From Bdellovibrionales bacterium (GTDB taxonomy: Bacteria; Bdellovibrionota; UBA1018; CAIMNF01): a stretch of DNA of 64,000 nt. The notes under the pieces were generated by a model that saw nothing but the letters and a program-made list of their open reading frames with translations, did no database searches and was not told the DNA's origin. The position numbers and the translations under genes are program-made. The first letter of the stretch is position 1. Each line of letters opens with the position of its first letter. Shown piece by piece: positions 51,499 through 62,748 of the stretch. The DNA is taken from positions 3,616 to 67,615 of the forward strand of contig CANHQK010000006.1 in the NCBI GenBank assembly GCA_947462765.1, given 5' to 3'.

Positions 51499-52089
51499 TC
51501 AGAGATTCTCTTCGACGTAACCTTCGGCCTTTTTCAGGTCGTCGGCACTCGGGTGTTTGGCCCGGTAAAGAGCCCGGACATAATGCACTACGGCCCAACG
51601 CTCTTCCTCATTCAACTTCTCGGCGTATGAGGGCATCAGGTTCTGACCCATGGTGATGACATGGAAGATCTGTCCGTCTTTATAGTCACGAACCTTGTCA
51701 CTTTGGAGGCTAGGCGGACGGGGGTAAAGAGGACGGGGCCAATCTTTCATCGCCACCACGTTACCGTCGCCCTCGCCATACTGACCGTGACAAACGATAC
51801 AGTAAGTATTGTAAAGGGCCTTACCGCTCAGAAGCGTGTCTTTGCTCCGGGGAAGCGGATTCAAATTGGCTTTGGATTCATCGATTGAAACGTATGAATA
51901 AGGTCTGAAGTCACGCGGCACAGTCCCCTCGACCGGAGAACGGGTCGCCCCTTCCTCTTGGGCCTTGAGAGCAACACTGTAGTGCATGTCAGGCGCGTAA
52001 ACATAGTACGGCTTGGAATGCTTCACGTAACAACCGCTCAGCAAACTCGCCACTGCGGAAAAAAACGAAACTTGAACCAAGGTCTTCAT
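51499..52089 (-). CDS. actE: Alternative complex III ActE monoheme cytochrome c lipoprotein
   Basis: Lipobox LSGC, PDMHYS, PVEGTVPR, CIVCH, MPSY. Confidence 0.92.
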   Translation of the reverse strand: MKTLVQVSFFSAVASLLSGCYVKHSKPYYVYAPDMHYSVALKAQEEGATRSPVEGTVPRDFRPYSYVSIDESKANLNPLPRSKDTLLSGKALYNTYCIVCHGQYGEGDGNVVAMKDWPRPLYPRPPSLQSDKVRDYKDGQIFHVITMGQNLMPSYAEKLNEEERWAVVHYVRALYRAKHPSADDLKKAEGYVEENL

Positions 52090-52090
52090 C

Positions 52091-52663
52091 TCAGAACCAC
52101 CCCTCTTCAAACACTTTTCTCGTGTCCTTCGCACCGAGAGACTTCAGGAACGCTTCGGCTTTCTCTGCAGAGAACTCGGCCGGAGCCTCATCGTCATCCG
52201 ATACTGGCGGACTTTCGATCATGATCGCAAAACGGCTGTTGGTGATCGACGGATCAAAGGACCGTTTGCTCAGATTGGGGAGACGATTGAACGCAAGCAT
52301 TGCAAGGAAAGTCGCTATCCCGCCAAAAAGGACCGAAAGCTCGAACATGATCGGAACGAAAGCCGGAAGAGAATTGAACGGCTTTCCACCGATGATGTGC
52401 GGCCACCAGGTCTTCGATGCGGCATACTGCCACGCAAACGCCGTGGCAGTTCCAGTGAAAGCCAGAGCACCGGTGACATAGGGCACCTTCGAACGTGGAA
52501 GACCCTGTGCATGCTCGAGACCATGGACCGCATACGGTGTGAAACAATCGAAATCCTTGTATTCCGAATCACGGACCTTGGCTGTCGCCTCGATCAGACT
52601 TTCAGGGTCGTCGAAAAACCCCACCACCCCTGACAGAACCGGACCTTTGTTCTCCTTATGCAT
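52091..52663 (-). CDS. actD: Alternative complex III ActD (DUF3341)
   Basis: [27 protein letters not shown]. Confidence 0.92.
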   Translation of the reverse strand: MHKENKGPVLSGVVGFFDDPESLIEATAKVRDSEYKDFDCFTPYAVHGLEHAQGLPRSKVPYVTGALAFTGTATAFAWQYAASKTWWPHIIGGKPFNSLPAFVPIMFELSVLFGGIATFLAMLAFNRLPNLSKRSFDPSITNSRFAIMIESPPVSDDDEAPAEFSAEKAEAFLKSLGAKDTRKVFEEGWF

Positions 52664-54062
52664 GAGCCCCTCCTTTGCGGGGTTGATCCATCACCGACTT
52701 GACCTCGCCCATTGCAATCGACGGCAGGAACCGGACGAAGAGCAGGAAGAAGATGAAGAAGAATCCCATCCAACCGAAGAACATCCCCCACTCCACCCAG
52801 GACGGAACATACATCGCCCAGCTGGAAGGCAGGAAGTCACGGTGCAGGGACGTGACGATGATCACGAAACGCTCGAAGTACATCCCGATGTTCACATACA
52901 GGGAAACCACGAACATGACCGGGATCGAACGACGGAACTTTTTGAACCAGAAGAGCTGCGGAATGAACACGTTACAGCTCACCATGATCCAGTACGCCCA
53001 CCAGTAAGGACCGAAGGCCCGGTTGATGAACGTGAACTGTTCGAACGGAGACCCGGAATACCACGCGATGAAGAACTCGACCCCGTAGGCATAACCGACC
53101 AACATCCCGGTGGTCATGATGATCTTGTTCATCTTCTCCAGGTGATCCATCGTGATGTAGTGCTTCAGATTGAACGCCTCACGAGCAAGCACCAGGAGCG
53201 TCACCACCATCGCGAAACCGGAGAAAATAGCTCCAGCGACGAAATATGGCGGGAAGATCGTAGTGTGCCAACCCGGAAGCTGGGAAACCGCGAAGTCGAA
53301 CGAGACAACCGAGTGAACGGACAAAACCAGCGGAGTCGAAAGACCGGCGAAAATCAGATACGCCTGCTCGTAGTGAAGCCAGTGTTTGTTCGACCCCCTC
53401 CAGCCCAGGGAGAGGATCGTCAAAGCGACTTTACGGATCTTGTTCTTGGCACGATCACGCACCGATGCGAGATCGGGAATAAGCCCCGTGTACCAGAAGA
53501 TCAGGGAGATCGTGAAATAGGTCGAAACCGCGAACACGTCCCACTCGAGTGGCGACCGGAAGTTCGGCCAAAGCTGGCGTTGGTTCGGATAAGGGAGAAG
53601 CCAGAAACACGCCAACCAGGACCGGCCGGTGTGAGTCAAAATGGTCATCCCTGCCGTCATCACCGCGAAGATGGTCATCGCCTCGGCAGAACGGTTGATC
53701 CCGGTACGCCATTTCTGACGGAACAGGAACAGGATCGCGGAAATCAGGGTTCCCGCGTGACCGATACCGACCCAAAACACGAAGGTGGTCACGTCGTTAC
53801 CCCAGCCGACTGGCTGGTTGAGACCCCACACCCCGATCCCGTCACGCATGGTGATCAAAAGCATCACCGCGCCGATGAAAAAGGCGCCGAGGGCAGCGAT
53901 AAAACAAACCCACCATTTGCCTGTCGGGAATGTCTCGAGGGGTCTGGATACGTCTTCGTTGACCTCTGCGAAAGTCCTTCCGCCGGTCACGAGCACATCA
54001 TTCACGGGTTTCACCAACTCGTTCGAGCTATCAGCCGTGGCCATGTTCTTTGCCTCCTGCAT
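52656..54062 (-). CDS. actC: Alternative complex III ActC (NrfD-like quinol-binding subunit)
   Basis: [46 protein letters not shown]. Confidence 0.95.
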   Translation of the reverse strand: MQEAKNMATADSSNELVKPVNDVLVTGGRTFAEVNEDVSRPLETFPTGKWWVCFIAALGAFFIGAVMLLITMRDGIGVWGLNQPVGWGNDVTTFVFWVGIGHAGTLISAILFLFRQKWRTGINRSAEAMTIFAVMTAGMTILTHTGRSWLACFWLLPYPNQRQLWPNFRSPLEWDVFAVSTYFTISLIFWYTGLIPDLASVRDRAKNKIRKVALTILSLGWRGSNKHWLHYEQAYLIFAGLSTPLVLSVHSVVSFDFAVSQLPGWHTTIFPPYFVAGAIFSGFAMVVTLLVLAREAFNLKHYITMDHLEKMNKIIMTTGMLVGYAYGVEFFIAWYSGSPFEQFTFINRAFGPYWWAYWIMVSCNVFIPQLFWFKKFRRSIPVMFVVSLYVNIGMYFERFVIIVTSLHRDFLPSSWAMYVPSWVEWGMFFGWMGFFFIFFLLFVRFLPSIAMGEVKSVMDQPRKGGAHA

Positions 54063-57000
54063 GGTGTTCGCCTTCGGCGTTTCTGACCTTCGTGAGGTAG
54101 TTCACTGCCGGACGGGTGTTGAGAATCTCCATCGACCGGAAGGTCCGGGGATTGGAAATCCATTTTGAGATCTGACTTTCCTTGTCGTTCACGTTTCCGA
54201 ACACAATGGCGTCGGTCGGACAAGTCTGCTGACATGCCGTCCGCAATTCACCATCCTTGATCTTGGTCTTATTGTCTTTCGCCTTGCTCTTGGATTCGTT
54301 GATCCGCTGGACACAGAAGGTACACTTCTCCATGATCCCCCTCGAACGTACGGTGACGTCCGGGTTCCAAACCATGTTCATGGTGTCCTTGTAGTCTTTC
54401 CAGTGATCGAAGAAGTTGAAACGACGGGTTTTGTAAGGACAGTTATTCTGACAATAACGGGTCCCGACACAACGGCTGTAGGTCATCTGATTGAGGCCGT
54501 CATCGCTGTGAGAAGTCGCCACCACCGGACAGACCGTCTCGCATGGGGCGTTTTCACAGTGCTGACACATCATCGGTTGGAAGACGACGGTAGGATTCGT
54601 CTCGTCGCCACTGTAATAACGGTCGATCCGCATCCAGTGCATTTCACGGCTCTGGCGGACACGATCACGCCCCACCACAGGGGTATTGTTCTCCGCCTGA
54701 CACGCGATCACGCAAGCGCCACAACCGGTGCAGGAGTTGAGATCCACGCCCAACATCCAGCGGTATTCGTTCTTGGAGTAATCGACGGGAGCATCCCAGA
54801 GCGTCGGAACTTTCGCCATTTTGACAGGTGGCTCGACTTCCATGGCCGCATTAGGATCCTTGCGGTACTCATCAAGGGTGATCTCGTTCAGGATCGGACG
54901 ACCCATGATCCGATGGTGCTCTTGAATGGCAGCCAATTGGTACTTCATCCCGGTCTTGGAGATCGTCACAGTACCCTGATTGAGAAGCAGTCCGCGTTCG
55001 CCCGAGAATGCAGCCAGCTTGAACGCATTCTTGCCTACAAGCGAACCGACTTTCCCGGCGCGTGTCCGTCCGTATCCCATAGCGAGAGTGACGACACCCT
55101 TCAGGATACCGGGCTGCACCTTCACGGGAATCTCAAAGCTGGCCCCTTCACCACTCACCAGAACGACGTCATTCGTCTCGATACCGAGCTCGGCTGCCGA
55201 GGCAGGTCCGATATTGAGGTAATTGTCCCAGGTGATCGTGCTGATCGGATCCGGCATCTCCTGAAGCCAGGCATTGTTCGCGGAACGCCCGTCAGCAACA
55301 GAAACCTTAGAGTAAATTCCCAGCGCGAAACCAGAACCTTCGATACGAGGCCCCATTTTTTTCTTGCCGAGAGACAAGCCCTTCAGGCTGGCAATCGAGT
55401 CTTTTGCGAACTTGAGCGAGCCGGGCTTAAATGCACGCTCACGAGGAGCGCCACCTTTTGACTCGAGAATCCCCTTCTGCAGGGTCAACTCCCAGAAATC
55501 CTTGAAAGCCTTGCCCTTGCCGTGAACCGGATAGAGCGTCTGCTTCCAGTTTTCCTTGAGGTAGTCGTGGAAACTGTTTTTCGGGCCGGAAGCGATCGTT
55601 GAAAGGAGACCACCGGCTTTAACGCCGCCACGGGTCCAACCGATCAGGATGTCTTCCATGCTCCGGGTATCGAACAAAGGAGCGATTGTGGGCTGTTGTA
55701 ACGAATGGAGGGACGCCTTCGGGTGTGCATCCCCCCAGCTCTCGAGATAGTGATTCTCGGCCAGCACCACATCAGCGAATTCGGCGGTTTCATCCACACG
55801 GTCAGTAACCGCGATGACCAGCTTGGCCTTCTTCATGGCTTCGCCGAATTCACCGCCTTTTGGCAGGAAATATACCGGATTGGCCCGATGTACGAGCAAC
55901 ACATCAACCTGACCGGCTTCGAGCTCGGCCTGCAGTGCGACCAACCCTTTCGTGGAAGCGTTGTATCCCACCACATCTGCAGTTCCATCGATGGTTTTTC
56001 CATCGTTTTCGAGCGTGCTGTTCAGCAAGTTCACAACAGACTGCAATGCAATCGATCCATGACCGACTACGATGCTTTTGCCACGTGAATTCCAAAGCTC
56101 CTCGGCAATCTTCTTGATCTTCGCACGATCGAGACTTCCGGCCTTGGAGATCCACTCCTCGACCGATCCGGAAAGAAGTGACGAGACTTCCTGTACCGAA
56201 GCGAACTTGCCACGCTTCTGGGTCACGATGAGTTCGTGTGCCAGCGCAAGAGCTGCCGCCACCTCATTACCTGGCACTATCGGGAATCGCTCATCCGCGC
56301 TCGCACCGGTGATGCTCATATTGGCTTCGAACACGACAAGCTTCGAAAGAGCATCGTCCTTCTTGCCAGCCAGCTTACGAGTTGTCGCCCAACGCTTGCC
56401 ATTCTCGACCGGGTTACCCCAGGTTCCGAGGAAGTCGGCACCGAAGGAAACCACCATCTCTGCGCGATCAAACGCATAGTCCGGGAACACGTGGGTCCCG
56501 TAGCTCTCGGCCTGACCATCAGCCACCTCGTCCATGCCGATCGGATCCACTTCGATCCACTTGGCATCCACAAAGGCCGCCATGAACTCTTTCATGATCC
56601 GACGGGTAGAGTCGCCCGACTCGGACAAGGACACAATGCGCACCTTTTTAGCTTCCTTGAGGGCGGCAACAACCAGAGCATCAACCTCGGCCCAGTTGGC
56701 ACCGTTTTTGGCCCCACCCTTGACGCCCTTCATAGGCTGACGCAAACGATCGGGATCATAGAGGTTCAGAATCGAAGATTGCCCGCGGGCACACAGCTTA
56801 CCGGCATTCATCGGGTGCGACTCGTTACCTTCGAGTTTGACCGGACGGCCTTCGCGGGTTTTCACCAGGATCCCACAAGCCTGGGCACACTCTTTACAAG
56901 TGGAGGCGTAGTGTAGCGGAATCCCGGGTGTCAGCTCTTGCGGCTGAACCACGTAGGGAATGATCTTGTTTACGGGGCGACGGGCACAGGCAAAACTGGC

Positions 57001-57228
57001 CATGGCCATGCTCGCTCCCATCACCGTGAGGAAATCACGACGGGAGACACCCGACTTGTCCATCGCCTCGATTTTCTCGAGGGTCTCAATGGGCTTGTCG
57101 TAGAACTCCTGCGCATTGCGGGTCTGGACAGCATCGTCGGACCAATAAGAAGCATTCAGCTCCTCAGGACCTTTCCAGTACCGGGGCTTCTCGAACTTCT
57201 GCTCATTCTTCTTTTCGTTGAGTTCCAT
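54031..57228 (-). CDS. actB: Alternative complex III ActB (TAT-exported Mo-oxidoreductase-like plus Fe-S domain)
   Basis: RYWK..EEL, SRRDFL TAT motif, [38 protein letters not shown]. Confidence 0.95.
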   Translation of the reverse strand: MELNEKKNEQKFEKPRYWKGPEELNASYWSDDAVQTRNAQEFYDKPIETLEKIEAMDKSGVSRRDFLTVMGASMAMASFACARRPVNKIIPYVVQPQELTPGIPLHYASTCKECAQACGILVKTREGRPVKLEGNESHPMNAGKLCARGQSSILNLYDPDRLRQPMKGVKGGAKNGANWAEVDALVVAALKEAKKVRIVSLSESGDSTRRIMKEFMAAFVDAKWIEVDPIGMDEVADGQAESYGTHVFPDYAFDRAEMVVSFGADFLGTWGNPVENGKRWATTRKLAGKKDDALSKLVVFEANMSITGASADERFPIVPGNEVAAALALAHELIVTQKRGKFASVQEVSSLLSGSVEEWISKAGSLDRAKIKKIAEELWNSRGKSIVVGHGSIALQSVVNLLNSTLENDGKTIDGTADVVGYNASTKGLVALQAELEAGQVDVLLVHRANPVYFLPKGGEFGEAMKKAKLVIAVTDRVDETAEFADVVLAENHYLESWGDAHPKASLHSLQQPTIAPLFDTRSMEDILIGWTRGGVKAGGLLSTIASGPKNSFHDYLKENWKQTLYPVHGKGKAFKDFWELTLQKGILESKGGAPRERAFKPGSLKFAKDSIASLKGLSLGKKKMGPRIEGSGFALGIYSKVSVADGRSANNAWLQEMPDPISTITWDNYLNIGPASAAELGIETNDVVLVSGEGASFEIPVKVQPGILKGVVTLAMGYGRTRAGKVGSLVGKNAFKLAAFSGERGLLLNQGTVTISKTGMKYQLAAIQEHHRIMGRPILNEITLDEYRKDPNAAMEVEPPVKMAKVPTLWDAPVDYSKNEYRWMLGVDLNSCTGCGACVIACQAENNTPVVGRDRVRQSREMHWMRIDRYYSGDETNPTVVFQPMMCQHCENAPCETVCPVVATSHSDDGLNQMTYSRCVGTRYCQNNCPYKTRRFNFFDHWKDYKDTMNMVWNPDVTVRSRGIMEKCTFCVQRINESKSKAKDNKTKIKDGELRTACQQTCPTDAIVFGNVNDKESQISKWISNPRTFRSMEILNTRPAVNYLTKVRNAEGEHHAGGKEHGHG

Positions 57229-57250
57229 CGTGATTCAGCTCCAAAAAGGT

Positions 57251-57820
57251 TCAGTAGTGACAGGTGTTGCAAGTGAAAGGCGCGACCGGATCGGTCGAGT
57301 CCGGATTCTCCGGGTAAATGCTTTTCTTCAGGTATTTCGGGGTCTCAAAACCGCGATGACAGTTCAAACACCAACCCATCGTGAGCGGCTGAGCCTGGTA
57401 GACCTTGTCCATCTCTTTCACATTTCCGTGACAGGTCTCACACGAAACACCCTTGGATACGTGGCGCTTGTGATTGAAGTGAGCATGATCGGGAAGCTCG
57501 TGGATCCGCACCCACTCAATCGGTTTCCCTTCCGCATAGGCCTTCTTGATTTTTTGCATCCAAGGGCTCTCGGGATAAACCACCGAGTGGCAGTTCATGC
57601 AGGTTGAAACCGAGGGAACCGTCGCATGGGCGCCTTTGTAAGCACCAGTGTGACAGTAACGGCAATCAATATTGAATTTGCCCGCATGAAGCTTGTGACT
57701 GAATGGGATCGGCTGCTCCGGTTCGTATCCCTGATTCGAGGTTCTCGGAAGTACCTGCCAGAGAAGTGCTGCTACAACTACCACCCCAAATAGCGCAAAT
57801 TTGCGCAGACCTGAGTTCAT
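57251..57820 (-). CDS. actA: Alternative complex III ActA pentaheme cytochrome c
   Basis: Five CxxCH (CRYCH, CMNCH, CETCH, CLNCH, CNTCH); PEQPIPFSHKLH. Confidence 0.94.
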   Translation of the reverse strand: MNSGLRKFALFGVVVVAALLWQVLPRTSNQGYEPEQPIPFSHKLHAGKFNIDCRYCHTGAYKGAHATVPSVSTCMNCHSVVYPESPWMQKIKKAYAEGKPIEWVRIHELPDHAHFNHKRHVSKGVSCETCHGNVKEMDKVYQAQPLTMGWCLNCHRGFETPKYLKKSIYPENPDSTDPVAPFTCNTCHY

Positions 57821-57935
57821 GCTGGGTCGCTCCAATTCTTTAGATCGAAAAAAACGGGCATAATGCCCGAAATTTCATCAATTTAACTTACTGCTGGAAT
57901 GACCTTGAGATTATTGAAAACGCCTTGAGTTGACA

Positions 57936-57955
57936 ATGACGAAGTTGTGACAAAG
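57936..57955 (-). promoter_or_regulatory. Candidate direct-repeat operator upstream of the act operon
   Basis: ATGAC-GAAGTTG-TGACAAAG, same frame as the 48000-48019 motif. Confidence 0.45.
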
Positions 57956-58034
57956 CCATACCCCGAATGATGCGCGCCGCCAGAAGACTGCGGTTTGCCT
58001 CGCGGGCGATAAAAAAATGACGATTTTTCCCGAG

Positions 58035-58352
58035 TCAAAGACCGTTTTTCTCACGCTCGAGCTGGGCAAACAGCAAATCGACCGGCGTGCTTAATTTTTT
58101 TTGCGCATTGCATCCTTTGCACAAGGGAACCAAATTCGACTTGGTTGATGTGCCGCCCCGGGCCAAGGGCACGACGTGATCCATGGTCAGTTCTTCCGGC
58201 TTGAACTTGGCCCCGCAATGGGAGCAAAGACCCGATCGGATCTTTTCCTTCCACCAAGCACTCTTCTTGAGCTCACGTGCTAGATCACGCTCTTTTTTGA
58301 TCCGTTTCGGATCAGTGTGCGCAGGATCGAGAAAGAAGTATTCGTCACTCAT
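58035..58352 (-). CDS. Small HNH endonuclease-domain protein
   Basis: CSHC, LTMDHVVPLARGG, NLVPLCKGCN. Confidence 0.9.
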   Translation of the reverse strand: MSDEYFFLDPAHTDPKRIKKERDLARELKKSAWWKEKIRSGLCSHCGAKFKPEELTMDHVVPLARGGTSTKSNLVPLCKGCNAQKKLSTPVDLLFAQLEREKNGL

Positions 58353-58359
58353 AGTCTTC

Positions 58360-58396
58360 AAAAAAAGAGGGTTGCCGGATCCCTCCGACAACCCTC
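58360..58396 (-). terminator. Intrinsic terminator after the XRE regulator
   Basis: GAGGGTTG...CAACCCTC stem plus T7 on the minus strand. Confidence 0.8.
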
Positions 58397-58425
58397 ATCC
58401 CCTACCGAGCCCCCTCGGCAAAGAT

Positions 58426-58896
58426 TCATACGGATTCGAGCAATTCCTTAGCGGCAGTATAAAGCTTTTTCCTGTTTGCGGGAGCCGCTGCCTGATAGAG
58501 GCGGATGATGTCACTGAGAAGGGTGTCCTGAGCGCTAGCGGCCACCACAGTGGCTGCATCCTTCACCGAGGCCAATGCGGTATTGGCCTTCGCCACACGC
58601 TTGCCTTTGGATGTGGCCATAAAGCTTTTAAAGTCAGCCCGGATCTGGAGATTGGCAGCCTGAAGCTCGTCCATCGGGATTTCAAGGAAGCTGGAAAGCC
58701 GCTCAGCCTTTTCCCAAGGAAGTGGAGCACGTCCGTGTTCGATGTTCGAAATGAACTGCACGGAACACTTCACAGCTTTGGCCACATCCGCGAGTCCGAG
58801 AGCCTTCTCGAGTCGACGCTTGCGGATGAGATCTCCGAGCGGTCCGAATGAGCGTTTATCAGTCGATTTACCTTTTGGTCTGCCACGTTTCATCAC
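58426..58896 (-). CDS. XRE-family HTH protein with N-terminal AT-hook-like motif
   Basis: KRGRPKGK; LIRKRRLEKALGLADVAKAVKCSVQFISNIEHGR; RBS gaggag. Confidence 0.88.
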   Translation of the reverse strand: MMKRGRPKGKSTDKRSFGPLGDLIRKRRLEKALGLADVAKAVKCSVQFISNIEHGRAPLPWEKAERLSSFLEIPMDELQAANLQIRADFKSFMATSKGKRVAKANTALASVKDAATVVAASAQDTLLSDIIRLYQAAAPANRKKLYTAAKELLESV

Positions 58897-59003
58897 TGCT
58901 ACTCCTCTGAAAGTGGGCTCAACTAACCATGTTTAATTCAATTATTCAACGATAAAATTTAATCGGCATTCCTTTTTTTCTAACCACTTCTACACATCTG
59001 AAA

Positions 59004-59531
59004 TCATGAGGTTTTTTCTGACTGACGGCCATACACAGAAAAACGATAACGAAAGGGGGACTGCGAGTCGGATTGTTCGCGGACCCCGATCCTCGTAAAC
59101 CCGGTCGCCGTAAATTGCCCACCGCCGTAGTGAGGAAAAAACACATCCCCTTCGAACTCGGAGTCAATCTCTGTGAGCCAAACTTCATCGAGAAACGGCA
59201 GAGAAAGAGAGTAGATTTCCGCACCGCCGATCACAAATACGATTTTTCCCTCATTCCGGGCGAAAGGCTCGAGAGTCTTCAATGCGATGGACAAATCAGG
59301 GTAAACTTCCGCATCCGAGACCGCCCAGTCTGGATTGCGGGTGATCACCGCATTTCTCCTAGCAGGAAGCGCCTTTCCGAGGGAATCATAGGTCTTCCGC
59401 CCCATCACGACGATCTGACCCCGTGTTGAATCCCTGAAAAATTTCATGTCTTCGGGAATGTCCCATGGCAGCTCGCTGCCCCTTCCGATGACTCCATTCC
59501 TACCGACTGCAGCGATGGCGATGACTTTCAC
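59004..59531 (-). CDS. folA: Dihydrofolate reductase
   Basis: IAAVGRNGVIG..SELPW, MGRKT, VIGGAEIY, EGDVFFP. Confidence 0.95.
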   Translation of the reverse strand: MKVIAIAAVGRNGVIGRGSELPWDIPEDMKFFRDSTRGQIVVMGRKTYDSLGKALPARRNAVITRNPDWAVSDAEVYPDLSIALKTLEPFARNEGKIVFVIGGAEIYSLSLPFLDEVWLTEIDSEFEGDVFFPHYGGGQFTATGFTRIGVREQSDSQSPFRYRFSVYGRQSEKTS

Positions 59532-59540
59532 TCGACGTCC

Positions 59541-60335
59541 TCAGATCGCGACCGGCGCTTTGATGGCTGGATGCGGATCGTAGCCCTCGAGTGTGAAATC
59601 CTCGAATCGGAAACCGAAAATATCCCGGATGGCAGGATTCAGGTTCATCTTCGGAAGCGGTCGAGGCTCACGCGACAACTGGAGTTGTGCCTGTTCGAGG
59701 TGGTTCAGATAAAGATGCAAATCACCGAAAGTGTGGACGAAATCACCGGGCTTCAGGTCACACACCTGGGCCACCATCAGGGTAAGAAGCGCATAACTGG
59801 CGATATTGAATGGCACGCCAAGAAAGAAATCAGCCGAGCGTTGGTACAATTGGCAGGACAGCTTCCCATCTGCCACATAAAACTGGAAAAAAGCATGACA
59901 AGGCGCCAAGGCCATCTTGTCGATTTCGCCGGGATTCCAAGCACTCACAATGAGCCGCCGGGAATCCGGATTCTTTTTGATCTGATCCACCACCTGCGTG
60001 ATCTGATCGATGGTTCTTCCATCTGGAGCACGCCAAGAACGCCATTGGGCTCCGTACACCGGTCCGAGATTTCCATCGGCATCCGCCCACTCGTCCCAAA
60101 TGCTCACTCCGTTTTCTTTCAAGTAGGCGATATTCGTCTCCCCTTTTAGAAACCAAAGGAGCTCATGGATGATCGATCTCAGGTGGACCTTCTTAGTCGT
60201 GACGAGAGGAAACCCCTCTTCCAGATTGAAACGGAGCTGAGCACCGAAAAGACTCAGGGTTCCGGTTCCGGTCCGGTCGGTTTTACGCGTGCCTTCATCC
60301 AGGATTTTTTGCATCAGATCGAGATACGATTTCAT
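59541..60335 (-). CDS. thyA: Thymidylate synthase
   Basis: [33 protein letters not shown]. Confidence 0.98.
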   Translation of the reverse strand: MKSYLDLMQKILDEGTRKTDRTGTGTLSLFGAQLRFNLEEGFPLVTTKKVHLRSIIHELLWFLKGETNIAYLKENGVSIWDEWADADGNLGPVYGAQWRSWRAPDGRTIDQITQVVDQIKKNPDSRRLIVSAWNPGEIDKMALAPCHAFFQFYVADGKLSCQLYQRSADFFLGVPFNIASYALLTLMVAQVCDLKPGDFVHTFGDLHLYLNHLEQAQLQLSREPRPLPKMNLNPAIRDIFGFRFEDFTLEGYDPHPAIKAPVAI

Positions 60336-60407
60336 CCGGAATCAGGGTGTCACCGGATTGGCGAAATTGCAAAATCAAAAGGGCTGCGATAGCGTGAGGA
60401 CCCGGAC

Positions 60408-62627
60408 ATGGACGTTCATTCCAAAGCAAAATCGCCTGCTTCGAAATCCAAGCTCGACCTGAGTCGCTTGAACCCCGAGCAACGCGCCGCCGTGCTACAC
60501 ACGGAGGGGCCACTCCTCATTTTGGCCGGTGCGGGAAGCGGTAAAACGAACACCATGACCCACCGGATCGCCTACCTGATCTCGGAAAAAGGGATCCCTG
60601 CGAACCGTATTCTCGGGCTTTCCTTTACCAATAAGGCCGCAACCGAACTGAAAGACCGGGTTCGGGCGTTGGTCAAGAAAACCGCCGGAGACCAGGCCGC
60701 CAAGGGTCTGATTGTTTCGACCTTCCATAGCCTTTGCGTCCGGATTCTGCGCGAATATGCAGACCGCATCGGGTTCACACGTGAGTTTTCCATTCTCGAC
60801 CCCTCGGACCAGGAGTCAATCGTGCGCGAAATCCTGAAGCACGTGAACATCGACAGTAAGAAGTTCGATCCGGCCTGGATCCTGTTTCAAATCGGGCAGG
60901 CCAAGAACAAGTTCCTGTCGGGTGACCAAGCCATGGAGTTTTTCGACGGACTGAAGGGTCCGAAGGTCTCCTATGACGAGTATTCAATCGCCGTTCAGAG
61001 TGTGTTTCCGAGGTACATCGAGCGTTTGAAGTTGCTGAACGCGATGGATTTTGACGATCTCCTCTTTCATGCCGTCACCCTCCTGGAAACCCATGAGGAT
61101 GTCAGGAAGGGGCTATCCTGGAGGTTCCGATACATTCTGGTCGACGAGTACCAGGACACGAATCCGGCCCAATTCCGACTGCTTGAAGCCTTGACCTGCA
61201 CCCACCAGAATTTATGCGTCGTGGGCGATGACGACCAATCCATCTACGCTTGGCGCGGGGCCGATCCCGCCCATATCCTCGGCTTCCATGAGCACTTCCA
61301 GGACACCACGCGGATCATCCTGAACCGCAATTACCGGAGCACCGAAAACATCCTGAAGGCGGCCAATGAAGTGATTGCTAAGAATCCCAAACGGCACCCG
61401 AAGTCCCTCTGGTCGGGGAAAGGTGAAGGATCACCCATCCACCTGATTGCGGTTGAAGAGGACCGCGCCGAGTCTCAGATGGTGGTCGAGGAAATCAAGA
61501 AACTCGGTGCTCAGCGCGCGAATTCGACCGACTCGGGTAGCGGACATGTATTTTGGAATGACTTCGCCATCCTGTACCGCTCGAACCGCCAATCGAGGAT
61601 TTTTGAGGAAGCCCTACGTCTCCACCAGATCCCTTACAAGCTGATTGGAGCGCTCTCTTTCCTGGATCGGAAAGAAGTGAAGGACATCCTCTGCTACTGG
61701 AAACTGGTATTGAATCCAAAAGATGACACGGCCATCCGGCGCATCATCAATTGGCCTGCACGAGGAATCGGCAAGACCTCGATCGAAGCCATCCATGAGG
61801 CTTCCGTGAAGAAGGGCTGTTCGTTTTACGAGGCCATGCTGCTCGAAGAGATCACCTCGGGACTCAATGATCGGGCTAAAAAAGGGATCGGCTCATTTCT
61901 CCAAACCCTTGATGAATTGAGAAGAGGACTGGCAGCCATCCGTCGCGAGGATTTTGCGGATCAGGATGGCGCATTCCTCTCGGCTATCTCGGAGTGGGCA
62001 CGCTCGAGCCTCGAGCGTGTGGGCGCCAAGCTCGCCATTCAGGCCGAAGAGGACGATCTCGCCAAAGCCCAAAGACGATTTGAGAATATTGATGAGCTCG
62101 CCAGCAGTATCGGCCTGATGGATATCGCCCCTCTCTCACAAGTAGAAAGCCCGAAGACCGCCGAGCCTGTCTTGGAGGAGTTCCTGTCCCAACTGGTACT
62201 CAATTCCAAAGAGGAAGAGGACAAGGATGATACTCCACAGAACGCCGTGACCCTGATGACCCTTCACGGGGCCAAAGGACTCGAATTTCCTGTGGTGTTT
62301 CTGGTCGGCCTCGAGGACGGCAACCTGCCCCACCAACGGACCATTGACGAGGGCACCGACCTCTCCGAGGAACGAAGATTGTTCTATGTTGGCATTACCC
62401 GGGCCAAGGAGGTTCTCTACCTCAGTCGGGCAAAGAACCGGATCCGGTACGGTAAAGCAGTGCCGCGGAACCCCTGCAGGTTCCTCGAGGACATCCCCCA
62501 GGATTTGATCCTCGAGCGGGACGAGAGCTCAACCCCCCAATTCAAGAGCGAAGAGGCCGCCAAACGACATGAAGAGGAAGTTCTCAACTTTTTTGAGGAA
62601 ATCCAAAAGCGTCTCAAGAAATCCTGA
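60408..62627 (+). CDS. UvrD/PcrA/Rep superfamily 1 DNA helicase
   Basis: AGAGSGKT, DEYQDTN, VGDDDQSIY, NYRS, HGAKGLEF, EERRLFYVGITRA. Confidence 0.96.
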   Translation: MDVHSKAKSPASKSKLDLSRLNPEQRAAVLHTEGPLLILAGAGSGKTNTMTHRIAYLISEKGIPANRILGLSFTNKAATELKDRVRALVKKTAGDQAAKGLIVSTFHSLCVRILREYADRIGFTREFSILDPSDQESIVREILKHVNIDSKKFDPAWILFQIGQAKNKFLSGDQAMEFFDGLKGPKVSYDEYSIAVQSVFPRYIERLKLLNAMDFDDLLFHAVTLLETHEDVRKGLSWRFRYILVDEYQDTNPAQFRLLEALTCTHQNLCVVGDDDQSIYAWRGADPAHILGFHEHFQDTTRIILNRNYRSTENILKAANEVIAKNPKRHPKSLWSGKGEGSPIHLIAVEEDRAESQMVVEEIKKLGAQRANSTDSGSGHVFWNDFAILYRSNRQSRIFEEALRLHQIPYKLIGALSFLDRKEVKDILCYWKLVLNPKDDTAIRRIINWPARGIGKTSIEAIHEASVKKGCSFYEAMLLEEITSGLNDRAKKGIGSFLQTLDELRRGLAAIRREDFADQDGAFLSAISEWARSSLERVGAKLAIQAEEDDLAKAQRRFENIDELASSIGLMDIAPLSQVESPKTAEPVLEEFLSQLVLNSKEEEDKDDTPQNAVTLMTLHGAKGLEFPVVFLVGLEDGNLPHQRTIDEGTDLSEERRLFYVGITRAKEVLYLSRAKNRIRYGKAVPRNPCRFLEDIPQDLILERDESSTPQFKSEEAAKRHEEEVLNFFEEIQKRLKKS

Positions 62628-62700
62628 GTCACAGCCTCTCTATTGCGATGCGCAAAGAACGTGAAAAGATGCAGTCCCGGCCTGATTCTGTGCTACCCTC

Positions 62701-62725
62701 GTTGAGAATCATTATCGTTTTCAAC
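62701..62725. promoter_or_regulatory. Extended Fur-like operator upstream of the PuuD-like gene
   Basis: GTTGAGAATCATTATCGTTTTCAAC; 15 of first 16 nt identical to the feoA box; directly downstream of TGcTACCCT -10. Confidence 0.75.
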
Positions 62726-62748
62726 CATTCATTCACAAGGAGTGAACT

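Noticed and set aside
58035-58896. HNH plus XRE as a prophage remnant, toxin-antitoxin or defence module
   Set aside because: A terminator separates them, there is no integrase, att site or other mobile gene, and the flanks are housekeeping
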